In this document: positions 12,001 to 22,896 of the stretch, piece by piece | Position numbering within the stretch: position 1 is the stretch's first letter | How the letters are laid out: each line of letters opens with the position of its first letter | Source of the DNA: Epithemia pelagica | Lineage: Eukaryota > Protista > Bacillariophyta | DNA length: 64,000 nt | NCBI GenBank assembly: GCA_946965045.2 | Contig: OX337232.1 | Location: 930,001 to 994,000, forward strand | Reading direction: 5' to 3' | Translations under genes and position numbers: made by a program | The notes under the pieces: model-generated | Seen by the model: only the letters and a program-made list of their open reading frames with translations | What the model was told of the DNA's origin: nothing | The model's database searches: none

Positions 12001-15000
12001 GAGAGAGGGGCCAGAAGGCTACCCGCATTCATGGGATACTTCTCAAAGCGATGTACCAGGACAATACGTACCCCCGGGGATGGGAGATGATCCAATATCT
12101 TCTCGTTCCAACCAACGCCCCCCACCACCACCCCTTGACCCACGAGCACATCCCCAAGGCGAAGGAATGCCTTGGGATAGCCCGCTCCCTCCCATTCCAG
12201 AAGAAGAGGGCCCGAGAAGGCAAGTCAACCATCAATTCTACTCTCAACAAGGAGATTCTCCTGGGCACCCAGGTGGTTTGTCACCAGAAGGATCAATGTC
12301 ATGGGATTCTTCCATTCCCCATAACCGAGGGCACTCGCCACACGAACGGATGCCGATGGATTCACCAAGGCAGCCACCAGACAGTTCCATGGGGCAAGGA
12401 GGACCGTCATTCATGGAGCCTCGTCCCATGACCGATGATCCATTCTCTGTCAGTGATGAAATGCCAGGAAGAGGCGGTCCCAGAGGTAGTCAGGAGAAGT
12501 ATCCACCTCCTGAAGGAATTTCTTTTGATCCTTCCCTTGCGCAAGAACACTTCAATTATGGACAGTCCCTTCCGGACCGAGGCCAAGCAGATAATTCGTG
12601 GCAAAGTAAAGGCATGCCAAGAGATGATCGTGGCTCTCAATATGGCAATATCGACCAACCTCTTCCTGGTATGTCAGTGAACGAAGACGAGACGAATGGC
12701 TGGATTTCTCAGGAAGGTTCAGTTGGACATGCTCATACGGATTCGCACTCCCAGGAACGAATGGGAGGGCAGCCACTTGATTCTCGAAGCTCTAAACAAT
12801 CTCTTGACGGTGGCATGGCAGGCTCAAGGAGCAATCATGGTCAATCGATGTCTGAACTCCCGGGACACGAAAGATGGCATGATGGCACTCTTGGCGTAAC
12901 ATCCCCCGAGCCAGAATATGGTGTTCAATCACAATCACCACGGAAACAGCCATCTGGGCCCCTTGAAAACTTCAATGCCACTCTAGCAATTTCTGTCGAT
13001 GCCGATCCACACTCCCTGAATGGTCACGACACTACCACAATTGCCCAATTGATTCGAACGACTTTTGGTCAGGGAAGTGAATCAGATGCTCCATACCGTC
13101 AAGTTCTTGATGTTCAGTATCTGGGCGTCCTGGATATGAAAGAAAATGGTGGTGAAAAACTCGGCTTTTGGGTGTCTTGGAAGGCTTATGAAGAAACGAA
13201 GCTTACTGGTTTTATGGATCGTCTCAATGACGAACTGGCACTAGCAAAGTTTAAAAAGAGAAGCCCCAAGAAAAAGAGAGAACCCGAAACTGCACGACCG
13301 CCGCCCCAGGAAAATGTTCGGCAAAAGGAATATCGGTCTCCTCCTGAGCAAGCACCTCCTCCAATGCAGAGGACGACGGAAGTTCAAGCTTCTCAAGAAT
13401 CAGCCTTTTCTAGGGAGAAGTCTGTGGAGGCTTATCCTGCGGTAGAATCGGAAGCGTCGACTGGGAAAACTGAGGAAAAACACGCCAAGACAGCACATAA
13501 ATCAGAGAGCGCCGAAGAATGGAAACAGATTGTTAAACAAAAGATGGATGAGGACTTTCAACGACATAAAGTACCTGGTGTCTCACCGTCTAAAACACGA
13601 CCTCGAAACTATTACAATGCGACGCTTGCGTTGTCAGTAGAAACCGATCCAAGTTTGATGACATCTGAGGACTTCAACGTCATCGCTGATGCAATTAGAG
13701 CCACACTTGGTCAAGGCTCTGCCTTGGTTGACGAGCCTCCCTTTCGTCAAGTTGCTGAAGTTGCGTATATTGGAATCTTTGATGATGTTGGTGACTCGCC
13801 TCGGCTTGGATACTGGATCTCCTGGAAAGCGTTCCGTGAAACTACTTTGGACAGCTTCATGGAACGCCTCTACGATCAACTTGCTACAGCGCCGCTTAGC
13901 CAGCCCGTGATGCGGAAGAAGAAATCTAGCTCCAACAGTAGAAAGAACAACAGCAACATGCCAAAAAAAGGAGGTGCTGCTGGCCCTACCATGGGCAGGA
14001 AGGTGGGTAATAAAAAGCCGATACCTCCGGCCTCAGTTGAAAGCCCTGGCTTCGCGTCTATGGAAGATGAGATGGCGCACGACGCAACTGCTAGTAGCTT
14101 GAAAAGTAAAGGATACGTTGGCATTCCAGGCTTCAAAAGTCTCTTTTCACGAATTGCTGAAGAGCAATCTCAAAAGAAAGCTTCCGACGATCGATATGAT
14201 CAACAAGACTACGGACAAGAAGAAAACGAGCAATCATATGAGCAACCAGAATATGTTGCGCCGCACCGAATCAAACAGGACTCCTCCGTTCATCGTCAGG
14301 CACCCCCAGAGGTGAAACCTGTGCAAACAGAAGCGGAAAGAATAGCGGAGGAGAAACGCCTTGCCGAAGAGGAAGAAACTAACCGTATTGAAGAAGCAGC
14401 TCGCTCTATGGCAAAAGCTGAGCAGAAATTCGTCGAAGACAGCCGTGCGGCTCGTGAAGCTCGCTTGAAGCTGGAGGCGGAACGAAGGGCAGAGGCCGAG
14501 AAAGCTCGGCGGAAAGTAATGAGGATGTCCAGCGACTATTTTCAGGATGAGCTACCGAAAGTGAAACCAGAACACATGGTGGAGGACGCCGAAACTCGTC
14601 GAAAGATTATGGGTGTTCCCGGAGGTGACACCAACGATCAACAGCGGTTGGAAGCACAACGAATGGCTGAAGAGGCCGAAGTTCGTCGGGAACTAATGGG
14701 TGCTCCTGGAGGTGACACCGACGATCAACAACGGTTGGAAGCACAACGAATGCCTGAGGAGGCCAAAGTTCGTCGGGAACTAATGGGTGCTCCTGGAGGT
14801 GACACCAACGATCAACAGCGGTTGGAAGCACAACGAATGGCTGAGGAGGCCGAAGTTCGTCGGGAACTAATGGGTGCTCCTGGAGGGGACACCAACGATC
14901 AACAGCGGTTGGAAGCACAACGAATGGCTGAAGAGGCCGAAGTTCGTCGGAAACTAATGGGGGTTCCAGAAGGCAACCGTCATGAAAACAATCAATTGGA

Positions 15001-18000
15001 GGCACAGCGAAGGGCGGAGGCCGCCGAAGCGCATCGGAAATTAATGGAGGTTTCTGAAGGGAACAAGTATGAAGAAGATCATTTGGAAGCAGAGAGAAGA
15101 GCAGAGGCTACTGATGCTCGTCGAAAAATGATGGGGGTTGCCAATAGTGCCAACGAGAACAACCAGTTGGAAGAACGGCGAAGGGCTGAAGCCGCGGAAG
15201 AGCGACGTAGAATCATGGGGATTTCGAGCAGTAACAATAACGAAGATGCAAGATTGGAGACGGACAGAAGCTCTGAAGTGGCTGAGGCTCGTCGTAAAAT
15301 CATTGGAAGTTCGAACAATAGCAACAATCACGAAGATGCAAGACTTGAAGCAGACCGAAGTGTTGAAGCAGGGGAAGCTCGCCGGAAAATAATGGGTCAT
15401 TCTAGCCGCAGTAGCAATGAAGATGCGAAACTGGATATGGACCATAAGGCAGAGGTAGCAGAGGCGCGTCGTAAAATGTTTGGGGTCTCCAACAGTGGAA
15501 GCTCTACAACAGAAGAGAGCCCCGCGGACGACACTGAAGATGAACTGAGTGAGTCACACAAGAGAGCACAGTCTCTAATAAACGCGGCAGCGGAGAAAAG
15601 GGCTGCAGAGGCACGGGCAAAAGCAGCGGAGGAGGCAAAGGCTGAAGAAGATCGCATAGCTCGTGAAAAGTTTAGGCAAGAGGCGGCTGAGGCTCGATTG
15701 GAGGATTTGGCACGTTCAAGGGCAAAAGGAAGAACAGGACAACGTCCATGGGGACTCATAACCGAACCGAGATACTCCCTTGAAGATGCTCGTCTTTCAA
15801 TGAAGTACTATCAGCGGGAAAGAGAACAACAGCGAAAAACTGAGAAAAAGAAGTTGGGGACTACCAGTTCCCCCAATGATCGGCTGAGCGATCTTACGCC
15901 TGGTAATGACGCACAGTCAGAGAAGGGCGAAGTTAAACGGTCGTCTGATCTCGGAGAACCAGGAGTATCTGAAGAGCTTCATGTAGCAGCATCAGCTGCC
16001 GAGGAGAAAGTTCTTCCCGACCTTTCAACGATCCAGTCTTCTCTCGATGAGAACGTTTCCTCGCAGCTTCCTCCGGCCGTCTTCAACGACACGCTCGACC
16101 CGAACCTCCCGTTGTTGAACCCGGTCGAAAATCAAAACTTGGAAGATCGCGTTTTTTGGGGATCTAATCACAGCGACGTTCCACCAATGACCCCATTCTT
16201 TCGAAAAAGAACCCCGAAACTTTTGACTTCCGCCCCTCTGATAGTGAAGGACTTCAACGCAACCCTAGCGTTTTCAATGGAAACTTTCTCAGATCTTGTC
16301 TCTCCAGACGATACCGAGATAATCAGCGAAGCGATTCAGTCGACATTTAGTCAAGGCGAGTATGATCATAGCGATCCATCACTTCCAAAGGTGTCGTTTG
16401 TTGAAAATCTGGGTGCTGTTGATGTTGGTGATGGCAACGGGCCGCAGATTCTGTGTCGTGTATCGTTGTCCGCGCTGGGCGAGACCAATCTTGACGGTTT
16501 GATGGAGCGTCTCAATTCCGAAATTTCTAGAGTTGTGGCTAATCGCCATCTGGAACAGAAGGACGATATTGTTGAAGGCGAAGTACACTCGAAAGCAGAA
16601 TCTACCTTGAATCTCTCCAAAACCTTAGTTCAGACAGACGACAAGGAGATTCAATCTGTTGTGGATCATAAAGATGATTCTTTCCTTCCCGAGCACGGGG
16701 TGATATCAGAAGGGGTCCAAGACATAGCAGGCCTTCAAATTGAGAACCGTTTAGATTCCGAAACAGGCAAGACTGAAGACGTTGTTAACGACCTCTTGGA
16801 ACAGGGTGAAGCCTTGGAACTCGCGAGTCAGGATGGTGGAGATGATACAAACGAAAGCGAAACGAAACAAGACAACAACGATCACGTGAACAGCAATGAG
16901 TCAGATCTGGTCTCGAAACAAGAAGAACTCGCTGAGCTTGAAAACAAGGTCGCCCAAATTCTTGCCAAGGAAAAAGAGATAGAGCAACTCGAGAAAAGGA
17001 AACAATCCCAGAAGCTCGTGCAAGAGAAATTAGAACGCATTGCGCAGCAAAAGGAGGCTAAAAAGCTCGCGCAACTGAAAGAGGAGGAGCAGGCCGCCAA
17101 ACTACAAGAGGCTGAAAAGATGGTAAGCGAACAGAAGGAGGAAGAGCTGGCCTCCAAACGGCAAGAGGCTGAAAAGATGGTAACCGTACAGGATCTTTTG
17201 CAAGAGAAAAAAGATGAACAAAATGGGAAACAAAAACAAGCTCAGAAGCTTGCTCAACAGAAATTACAAATTATTTCTAAACAGAACGAGGCGAAGAAGC
17301 TTGTGCGGCAGAAAGAAGAGCGAGTTGCCAATGTTGAGGAAGCTGAGACGACAGCGAACTTAAAGGATTCAGAGGATCTCGTGGTAGAGGAAGAAACAAA
17401 GGTTGATGTAGTGACCGCAAAGGATACAGAGGATCTCGTGATGGAGGAAGACACAAAGGTTGATGAAGAAGACCAAGAGTTGGAGACCCTGGGGAAATGC
17501 GAAGGGATGGAACAAATTGAAGGGGGTTTAGAAGTGGTTGACCAAGAGCCTAGCAATCTCGAGAACGGCAGTGATATAGTGGAGATATTTGAGAAGGAAG
17601 AGACGCCGGTACTGGCGGAAGAAGAAAAAGGAAAGTGCGAAGACGAGAAAGAAATAGAGGCTGTTGTTGAAGAAGAGGAAGAGCAGTTTCCTGAACGAAA
17701 TGATGTTCAACTTCGGCAAACACCAGAGGAATCAGTTCAGCTTGACGTGGACATAAACGCGGAAGACGATAGCAAACTCCCATTGCATTCGCGAGAACCT
17801 GAGAATACTACAAACCAGAAGGATGCGGAGATTCGTGCGAGAAAGATAGAAGCTGAAAGTCGTCAGCGATCTCTTCTCTCCGCTCGTTTGCAGTTACAGG
17901 CTGTGCACCCTGTTCAAGAACACGGGGAGAATGAGAAGAAGACTGTTTTGAAACAGAAGCTCCACCCACATGATAGTGAAACGACCGGACAATACGATGT

Positions 18001-18082
18001 CCTAGACGATTTCAATACTTTGGCCGATTTTTCCTTTTTCCATTTCCTGAGGAACAAAAACACGAAGAATCCCAAACCTTGA
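9056..18082 (+). CDS. 3008-aa low-complexity, multi-repeat protein with an N-terminal hydrophobic segment, three copies of a ~95-aa globular domain and a C-terminal coiled coil
   Basis: Uninterrupted 9-kb ORF. Hydrophobic LVVLSFLLLYP..CHS|FTFP. Repeats xEWAAMNRE (x5), NLFSVSGP (x5), 29-aa tandem repeats, and an E/K/Q-rich tail. Confidence 0.85.
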   Translation: MSSRSSTCWRTTPRTGSRRRIPIAVPTVPSTLNSGSRPPGTARRNSHSSWQRHPSPHVVRLVVLSFLLLYPSLDHHNGCHSFTFPFWSANTKTARPHLSSNRGGGREGSRKTDSSSYLESILPWWSSFQTQRQERTATTQPSRSTRLWLGWGQPATPNNSTGEGSGPSSSSSSWEDLAAQWSSMNRGDGDQNPQSTTTQQQQPSVYASLAEEWAAMNRETIPHGQDSTRGGGGEGTLDPSVPPQPAPPNSYVPDMQEMEAQAQEYAAMTRAASGGIIPPPQGHHHHNGATTPPASSDPSHTFRGAQEPPPLSPTLWMSSSSPAVAANELAREWTDRNREAEAAFGSSSNVHSSHQGNVAETASHIGAAPPFQFDVPHMSSSSSSSYAPQPREEAPELPQPPPSLSSKPIGRHIPGSAMDNLAKQWAAMNRERAGGGEWKQPQHPQRGGTVGTGSANSVADLAKEWAARNQARTDGTARAADAVPSALERIAAGASFAPPPNQELPPPDTAVPPTPPQESEPWSPYHNVHEASETAETTRTGTSPPYSPAAGGPSIPHPVLGGPATNDAQSYPVDRSNMIPPPPPRPAVSSSNKDSVMDPRNPFDLERPFDLAKLQPELRKGLMKHVCVGGGHGGIRGRRAVMEDFSNPANQRDYEAAMSDAIRREEAAMAARRDPTNADHPNAYGGALGDSGASSSTMTNTRPDANPNDPPMAVESPKSNLFSMSGPVKSEVPRPGQENRAGPQQANLFAVSGPGEPKVLFPEQVVKAEGEINSRDLFTVSSPGEPQGSGTEDFGRSESLAGGRRDPPPSLDGPKEGSNLFSVSRPDEPQAPRDLFSVSGPGGETLADDELLPLPGRENVAGPQSPMPAGRLRMQSSRSAGGRGDSETGTPPMPGIPGDHRMYSESGQQERGKSAVDAPFSPPSDSGPPVGRQDFERPDPFSPQQGIEMPDMDGLHIPDGPPLDPQQGSLGWKGRRKSIPETREGPEGYPHSWDTSQSDVPGQYVPPGMGDDPISSRSNQRPPPPPLDPRAHPQGEGMPWDSPLPPIPEEEGPRRQVNHQFYSQQGDSPGHPGGLSPEGSMSWDSSIPHNRGHSPHERMPMDSPRQPPDSSMGQGGPSFMEPRPMTDDPFSVSDEMPGRGGPRGSQEKYPPPEGISFDPSLAQEHFNYGQSLPDRGQADNSWQSKGMPRDDRGSQYGNIDQPLPGMSVNEDETNGWISQEGSVGHAHTDSHSQERMGGQPLDSRSSKQSLDGGMAGSRSNHGQSMSELPGHERWHDGTLGVTSPEPEYGVQSQSPRKQPSGPLENFNATLAISVDADPHSLNGHDTTTIAQLIRTTFGQGSESDAPYRQVLDVQYLGVLDMKENGGEKLGFWVSWKAYEETKLTGFMDRLNDELALAKFKKRSPKKKREPETARPPPQENVRQKEYRSPPEQAPPPMQRTTEVQASQESAFSREKSVEAYPAVESEASTGKTEEKHAKTAHKSESAEEWKQIVKQKMDEDFQRHKVPGVSPSKTRPRNYYNATLALSVETDPSLMTSEDFNVIADAIRATLGQGSALVDEPPFRQVAEVAYIGIFDDVGDSPRLGYWISWKAFRETTLDSFMERLYDQLATAPLSQPVMRKKKSSSNSRKNNSNMPKKGGAAGPTMGRKVGNKKPIPPASVESPGFASMEDEMAHDATASSLKSKGYVGIPGFKSLFSRIAEEQSQKKASDDRYDQQDYGQEENEQSYEQPEYVAPHRIKQDSSVHRQAPPEVKPVQTEAERIAEEKRLAEEEETNRIEEAARSMAKAEQKFVEDSRAAREARLKLEAERRAEAEKARRKVMRMSSDYFQDELPKVKPEHMVEDAETRRKIMGVPGGDTNDQQRLEAQRMAEEAEVRRELMGAPGGDTDDQQRLEAQRMPEEAKVRRELMGAPGGDTNDQQRLEAQRMAEEAEVRRELMGAPGGDTNDQQRLEAQRMAEEAEVRRKLMGVPEGNRHENNQLEAQRRAEAAEAHRKLMEVSEGNKYEEDHLEAERRAEATDARRKMMGVANSANENNQLEERRRAEAAEERRRIMGISSSNNNEDARLETDRSSEVAEARRKIIGSSNNSNNHEDARLEADRSVEAGEARRKIMGHSSRSSNEDAKLDMDHKAEVAEARRKMFGVSNSGSSTTEESPADDTEDELSESHKRAQSLINAAAEKRAAEARAKAAEEAKAEEDRIAREKFRQEAAEARLEDLARSRAKGRTGQRPWGLITEPRYSLEDARLSMKYYQREREQQRKTEKKKLGTTSSPNDRLSDLTPGNDAQSEKGEVKRSSDLGEPGVSEELHVAASAAEEKVLPDLSTIQSSLDENVSSQLPPAVFNDTLDPNLPLLNPVENQNLEDRVFWGSNHSDVPPMTPFFRKRTPKLLTSAPLIVKDFNATLAFSMETFSDLVSPDDTEIISEAIQSTFSQGEYDHSDPSLPKVSFVENLGAVDVGDGNGPQILCRVSLSALGETNLDGLMERLNSEISRVVANRHLEQKDDIVEGEVHSKAESTLNLSKTLVQTDDKEIQSVVDHKDDSFLPEHGVISEGVQDIAGLQIENRLDSETGKTEDVVNDLLEQGEALELASQDGGDDTNESETKQDNNDHVNSNESDLVSKQEELAELENKVAQILAKEKEIEQLEKRKQSQKLVQEKLERIAQQKEAKKLAQLKEEEQAAKLQEAEKMVSEQKEEELASKRQEAEKMVTVQDLLQEKKDEQNGKQKQAQKLAQQKLQIISKQNEAKKLVRQKEERVANVEEAETTANLKDSEDLVVEEETKVDVVTAKDTEDLVMEEDTKVDEEDQELETLGKCEGMEQIEGGLEVVDQEPSNLENGSDIVEIFEKEETPVLAEEEKGKCEDEKEIEAVVEEEEEQFPERNDVQLRQTPEESVQLDVDINAEDDSKLPLHSREPENTTNQKDAEIRARKIEAESRQRSLLSARLQLQAVHPVQEHGENEKKTVLKQKLHPHDSETTGQYDVLDDFNTLADFSFFHFLRNKNTKNPKP
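14590..15480 (+). repeat. Coding tandem repeat, 87-bp (29-aa) unit GxPGGDTNDQQRLEAQRMAEEAEVRRELM, degenerating 3'-ward
   Basis: Four near-identical units at ~14610-14960 followed by diverged units. Confidence 0.9.
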
Positions 18083-18630
18083 AGATAGAGAGAACGGACG
18101 GTTTGAGAATTGGATGCAACAATTGCCGAACAAAAACAAGACCAAGAACAGAGAAGACGGCCCATGAACCAAGTACTGGGCGCAGCGATTGATGCGAGCA
18201 TCGATATCTTTGGCTACATACATTATATTTTGTTGATTTATACACTTTGTTTTCTAATATGCGTGGATAACTGTACTAAGAATCTTTTGTTAAACGTTGT
18301 GTCTGTGTTTCTACTCTTTTCTATCTGAAGGCAAGCCTCTGAGTTGAAGAGCAATCTTTTTGCGAGAGCGTCCATCTGGTTGACGAGGTGAATGTGAAAA
18401 TGGCGATAATTCGCACTAGTCTTTCCAATTCTCTACCAAAAAGAGGTGCACTCACAGCCGAGGGTCTCATCCACGGATGGCCGTGACGAGAGTCAGTATC
18501 ATGACCCGGCTAGAGATCGGCTTTGTCCTTTATGAGAGAAACTCCCCCTGGAAGACTTGTCGCACAGGATCAACTAACTAGAACGGGCAACAGGGGGATA
18601 CGCAAGAACATTGGGATTGATCCGGCTGAC

Positions 18631-20056
18631 TTACAATCGTGATCGGGCTGTGGTCAATGTTGCGCATCGAATTCCTTGACAAATCTCTTGGACGGGACGT
18701 CCGGCAAAGGCAATTTCATAAATGGTACTCATCAAGGGAAAATCCTTGCACAAATTGCGAGACTTGAGCAAGGCATAGACTTCCTTGGCCGTCACGGTAC
18801 CTTGCAATTTTTGTCCATTGAGCAATTTGGCTTCAATAGTCTGCCATTCTTGTTCTGAACTGGTTTCCGTCGAGATTAGAGGGGTGGCTATCCCTAACCC
18901 TTTTTGTGTCGATTGTTGGTTCGTTAATTGGTGACGCGCAAAGGCCAGTGCACATTTTCGATTCCGTCCACCATAGCAGGTGGTGATGAGATCGGCCATA
19001 CCACACGATTCGGTAAAGGTGGAATCGTGAATGCCTTGGAAGAAGCATTGACAAAAGCGAGCCATTTCCCGCAATCCGACACGCAACAAGGCTGCCTTGG
19101 TATTGCCACCCAACTCGAGGCCATCGACAAAACCAGCACCCAGGGCAATGACATTTTTCAAGGCACCACAGGTTTCAGTGCCGCAAATGTCGGTCACGTG
19201 TTGGACACGAAAGGTAGACGGAGAATCGAACAGGAGACGGGTCCGTTCATTCAGCTGTGGTGATCCAAAGTCACATGCCAATGTAGATTCGCAAAAGTGC
19301 CCTTCGGCCACTTCGGAAGCCACGTTGGCTCCCATTAAAACTCCACAAGAAAACTCTGTAGAACCCAAGGCCTGAGCAATCGACTGGGAGATCAAAACGG
19401 GGAGCTTGGTTTCCTTGTCAAAGTCTGTCGAAAGGCGATGCATATCGAGTATAACACAAAACAAAAAGAAGGCGCGTTGTGTGAGAAGAACAGGTTCATC
19501 GATACACTCGTATCGCTCCTGCATCCATCAACTCGACAGCAAATCTTTTTCTTGTTACAAGAGGCAGCTGGTTATGGACTCTCGAAAAAACAATTAACCA
19601 CTGCAGCCACAACAAATACAACGTACCAAGCCCCTTGATGAGACTGACACCACGACACTGGGGATGAATCGCTTGTCGAATGGTGGGCAACAGTCTGGGT
19701 AAAAACTGATGGGGCAAGACAAAGACAAGGAGGGTCGCATTCCGACAAGCCTCTGCTAAATCAGGAATAGCCACGACATTGGTAGGCAAGGCAATTCCGG
19801 GCAAATACTTGACATTTTCGTGCCGTTCGTTAATGACCTGTGACAAGTTTTTTGGGGTGTCGCATCCCGGTACCCGTACGACTTCTTCAAAGACCCAAAA
19901 GGACACTGTTTCGTCAAAGAATTGGGGATTGGAACGACAATTTTGACCCACCAAAATGCTAATGGCACTTCCCCAGTTGCCACTACCAATGATACAAACC
20001 TTGTCCTTCGTGGGATGCTGTGTTGGTAAGGAAGCAACCGTTCGGCTAGTTGCCAT
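18631..20056 (-). CDS. GPD1: NAD-dependent glycerol-3-phosphate dehydrogenase, 2 exons (intron 19425-19626)
   Basis: [12 protein letters not shown] Rossmann motif, [15 protein letters not shown]|[38 protein letters not shown]. The gtacgt..gacag intron restores the frame. Confidence 0.95.
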
Positions 20057-20467
20057 GGCTGTCCACGTCTCGTAGCTACTTCTACAAGTGCGATCTGACT
20101 TTCGATAGACCGAAGAGGCCGGTGACACGGAAGAATCGGGGTAGGCCTGGATCGGATGGAATACAAGGGATAAACTCCACAGGACCGTAACAGCCGTGAC
20201 GAGATTCGTGTCAGCGATCGTCTCCAGGAAGCAGTAAATCGAAAAGAGTTCTAAGGACTAAAGCAAACCCATCCGATTCGGAGCCTCAAGACATGTCAGT
20301 TGTAATGTCTCATTCTGCAGCAACTTCCGGTAAATACACGTCAGTCGCATATTCTGTACCAATACCCAACGGACGAAACCAAAAAGTAGGATCGATATTA
20401 TTACAAAGCACGTATTATGATTCCATAGAATATGGTTTCCCATTCTCTAGTATGGAACAAACGGGAA

Positions 20468-20862
20468 TGTCGTTTGGTATGTCGTTTGGTATGTCGTTTG
20501 ATGTCGTTTGATGTTGTTTGTAGAGGTTGGACCCGCGAGCTCAAATCGATGCGGGTAGGATATCCGCGCATCCCAGCCTTTGCGGCTCCAAATACCCGCG
20601 TGTTCCGCAGTTCCGCACCACTATCGGATTTTATGTACTCTTTACAAATTTGACGTACGGGCGGTCAGACCTCGAAAGCACCAAATCGGTGCACCCCGCC
20701 TTTACTGTGCGTAGGTGCGAGTAGCGCGGATCGGACCCGCCAGTCTCTTTCGCTGCGGTTCCAGGGATCAGCACCGCGGATCCGCGAATCCGATCCGCAG
20801 CACCGCGGTGCGGGTCCAACCTCTAGTTGTTTGATGTCGTTTGATGTCGTTTGATGTCGTTT
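20468..20862. repeat. (GATGTCGTTT)n minisatellite interrupted by a MITE
   Basis: Units at 20468-20520 and 20826-20862. Confidence 0.85.
20521..20825. mobile_element. hAT-type non-autonomous element (MITE), 305 bp
   Basis: TIR TAGAGGTTGGACCCGC / GCGGGTCCAACCTCTA, flanked by the 8-bp direct repeat GTTGTTTG (20513-20520 and 20826-20833). An 8-bp TSD with TAG-starting TIRs is typical of hAT. Confidence 0.85.
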
Positions 20863-21010
20863 CGGGCTCGCGCGGAAACATGGTTTGATTCAAAATCCAG
20901 CGGTGCTCTTTCAGTAGATGGGCCTACTGTCTACTGTCATTGTGACCGTGTGATTTCTCTTGATGGCCTCCAACTGCTGGAGAGTAAAGAATTTTTTTGG
21001 CGATAAAAAC

Positions 21011-21106
21011 ATCCGACATCCTCCGACATCCTCCGACATCCTCCGACATCATCCGACATCATCCGACATCAGACATCATCCGACATCTCCCAAATCCTCC
21101 GACATC
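21011..21106. repeat. (CCGACATCCT/CCGACATCAT)n tandem array
   Basis: About 9 copies visible directly. Confidence 0.9.
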
Positions 21107-21290
21107 CGTGACTCAGTGTGCTTACCTCATATTTAAGGAATCTTAGTCTAGTATGTTCATATCAGAGGTACTACTGTATGATAATGAAGAAGTTATATCG
21201 TGACGATACTCTGAGTACGAGCTCCAGCTGTCGATATGGGTATCCATAGTGGCCCGTGCTTTTCATCCCCCCACTGTTTTTTCTATAGTG

Positions 21291-22470
21291 ATTCCAACTT
21301 CGTAGGGACACCACTACGGTCATTTTGCACTGCGTAACACCACCATGGCACACTCAAGCCGGTGTGCACCTCCAACGAAAGGTGCTGGCACTCCTCCAAA
21401 CATCCAGGATGCCTCAGAATCAAGTGTACCGTGAGGGAATGGACGGGCGGCGATGAGCTCTCGATAGCTGTGGAGCTACGGCAAGATTTAGAAGACCTTC
21501 CATTTTGGGGTTGGAAGGAAGCAACGAGAGGATCCAGATTGGAGTCGGATAATGATGCAATGAACCAAGATTGCAAGGAGGGACGACAATGAAAGCTCCG
21601 AAATGGATGGATGAGGCGTAGGAGAGCAGCGGCAAGGACACACGGCAATCTACTGGATGGTTCCGAAGCATCGACATTGTCAAAACCGTGGCAACTGCAA
21701 CGAAGGAAGTGACCGTGAGAAGACGACGAGACTGGATGGAATGAATGCAGCAATTCACTTATCATCCGTCCGCATGCAACAATCAACTCCTCGTCTTGTC
21801 GTGGCCCGAACCCAACAAATCAAAGCCTTGTCGGGTTGGTGGTTCTTACGCAACAAAAGTTTGGTTCGACGAAACAAAAAAACGCAACCATGGGTGGAAG
21901 GACTGCTTCTACCACCGCCGCTGATGGTGGTGCCAGTGGTGCGGCTGCTTCCGACAACACAGTTCGAATGGAAGAAGGAGTCGACAAAGTGGAGCTGGTC
22001 GAAGAGCCATGCTAGCGGAAAGCTGTTTGGCATCTTGACAAACGGAACAACAACGACAATGACCTTCGACGCTACAACTGGACGACAGATAACCACAATG
22101 ACCAAGCCATCGGATGGTGATGATGATACGACACCCGCAACCATGACCACAGATACCACCAAGTACACAATCAACTGGTTTTGGCCTCGCGTAGCAGTGT
22201 GTGTCCCAATCATTACAATCAACTCATCGTTTCGGCCGAACGAAACAATTTGGGGCCATGACAATGACACCAAACGCAACAATCAACTGCTCTCCATCTC
22301 TGTTTCTTTCATGTCTATGGTTCTACAGCAAACGAAACAATCCACGCCTTGTTTTGGCCGAACGAGACAATCCTGTGCCGCGACAACGACACCAAACGCA
22401 ACAACGAACTCCTCGTTTCGGCCGAGTGAACCAATCCCCTATAACAGCGAGGACAACAAGCAGCAGTGAT
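21291..22470. repeat. Dispersed ~1.2-kb repeat, copy 1 (copy 2 at 30797-31749 + 37369-~37740, split by the copia element)
   Basis: 21291-21840 aligns by eye with 30797-31346 (CCACTACGGTCATTTTGCACTGCGTAACACC...GTCGGGTTGGT). Both tails are ACAAC-rich with GCCGAACGAAACA motifs. Confidence 0.75.
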
Positions 22471-22896
22471 GGTGGCAACCTAATATAGGCTTATCATTAG
22501 GAAGCCGTTTGTACAGTTTGATCTACTCGTAGTCCTGGTACTTTAGTTCTCGTACAGAAAGGGGAAGCGCCTCCTCGTCATGGTGTGTGTGTTGCGGTTA
22601 GCATTGAGATTGAGCATCTCGTTGAGATCGGTCGGTGTGAGGGGCAGTTCATTTTACTTTAGGAAAATGTATGGTTTACTGAATCTCGTAGGGCTGGAAG
22701 TTCCACCGAGAATCGGAAACGTGAAGCACGGGTCACTATGGATACCCATATCGACAGCTGGAGCTCGTAGTAGAAAGATTACCCACGTTTTGAGTCCATT
22801 ACCGGAAGTTGAAGGCCTCTCACGACTTTTAGTTTTTACGAAACAACGTTCGACCTTTCCCTGTGTTCGTTGTTCGTAGACAGACCATGTGGCTCG

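Noticed and set aside
9300-18245. Numerous overlapping and antisense ORFs over the 3008-aa gene (and likewise over other long genes)
   Set aside because: Shadow ORFs caused by low-complexity, biased codon usage.
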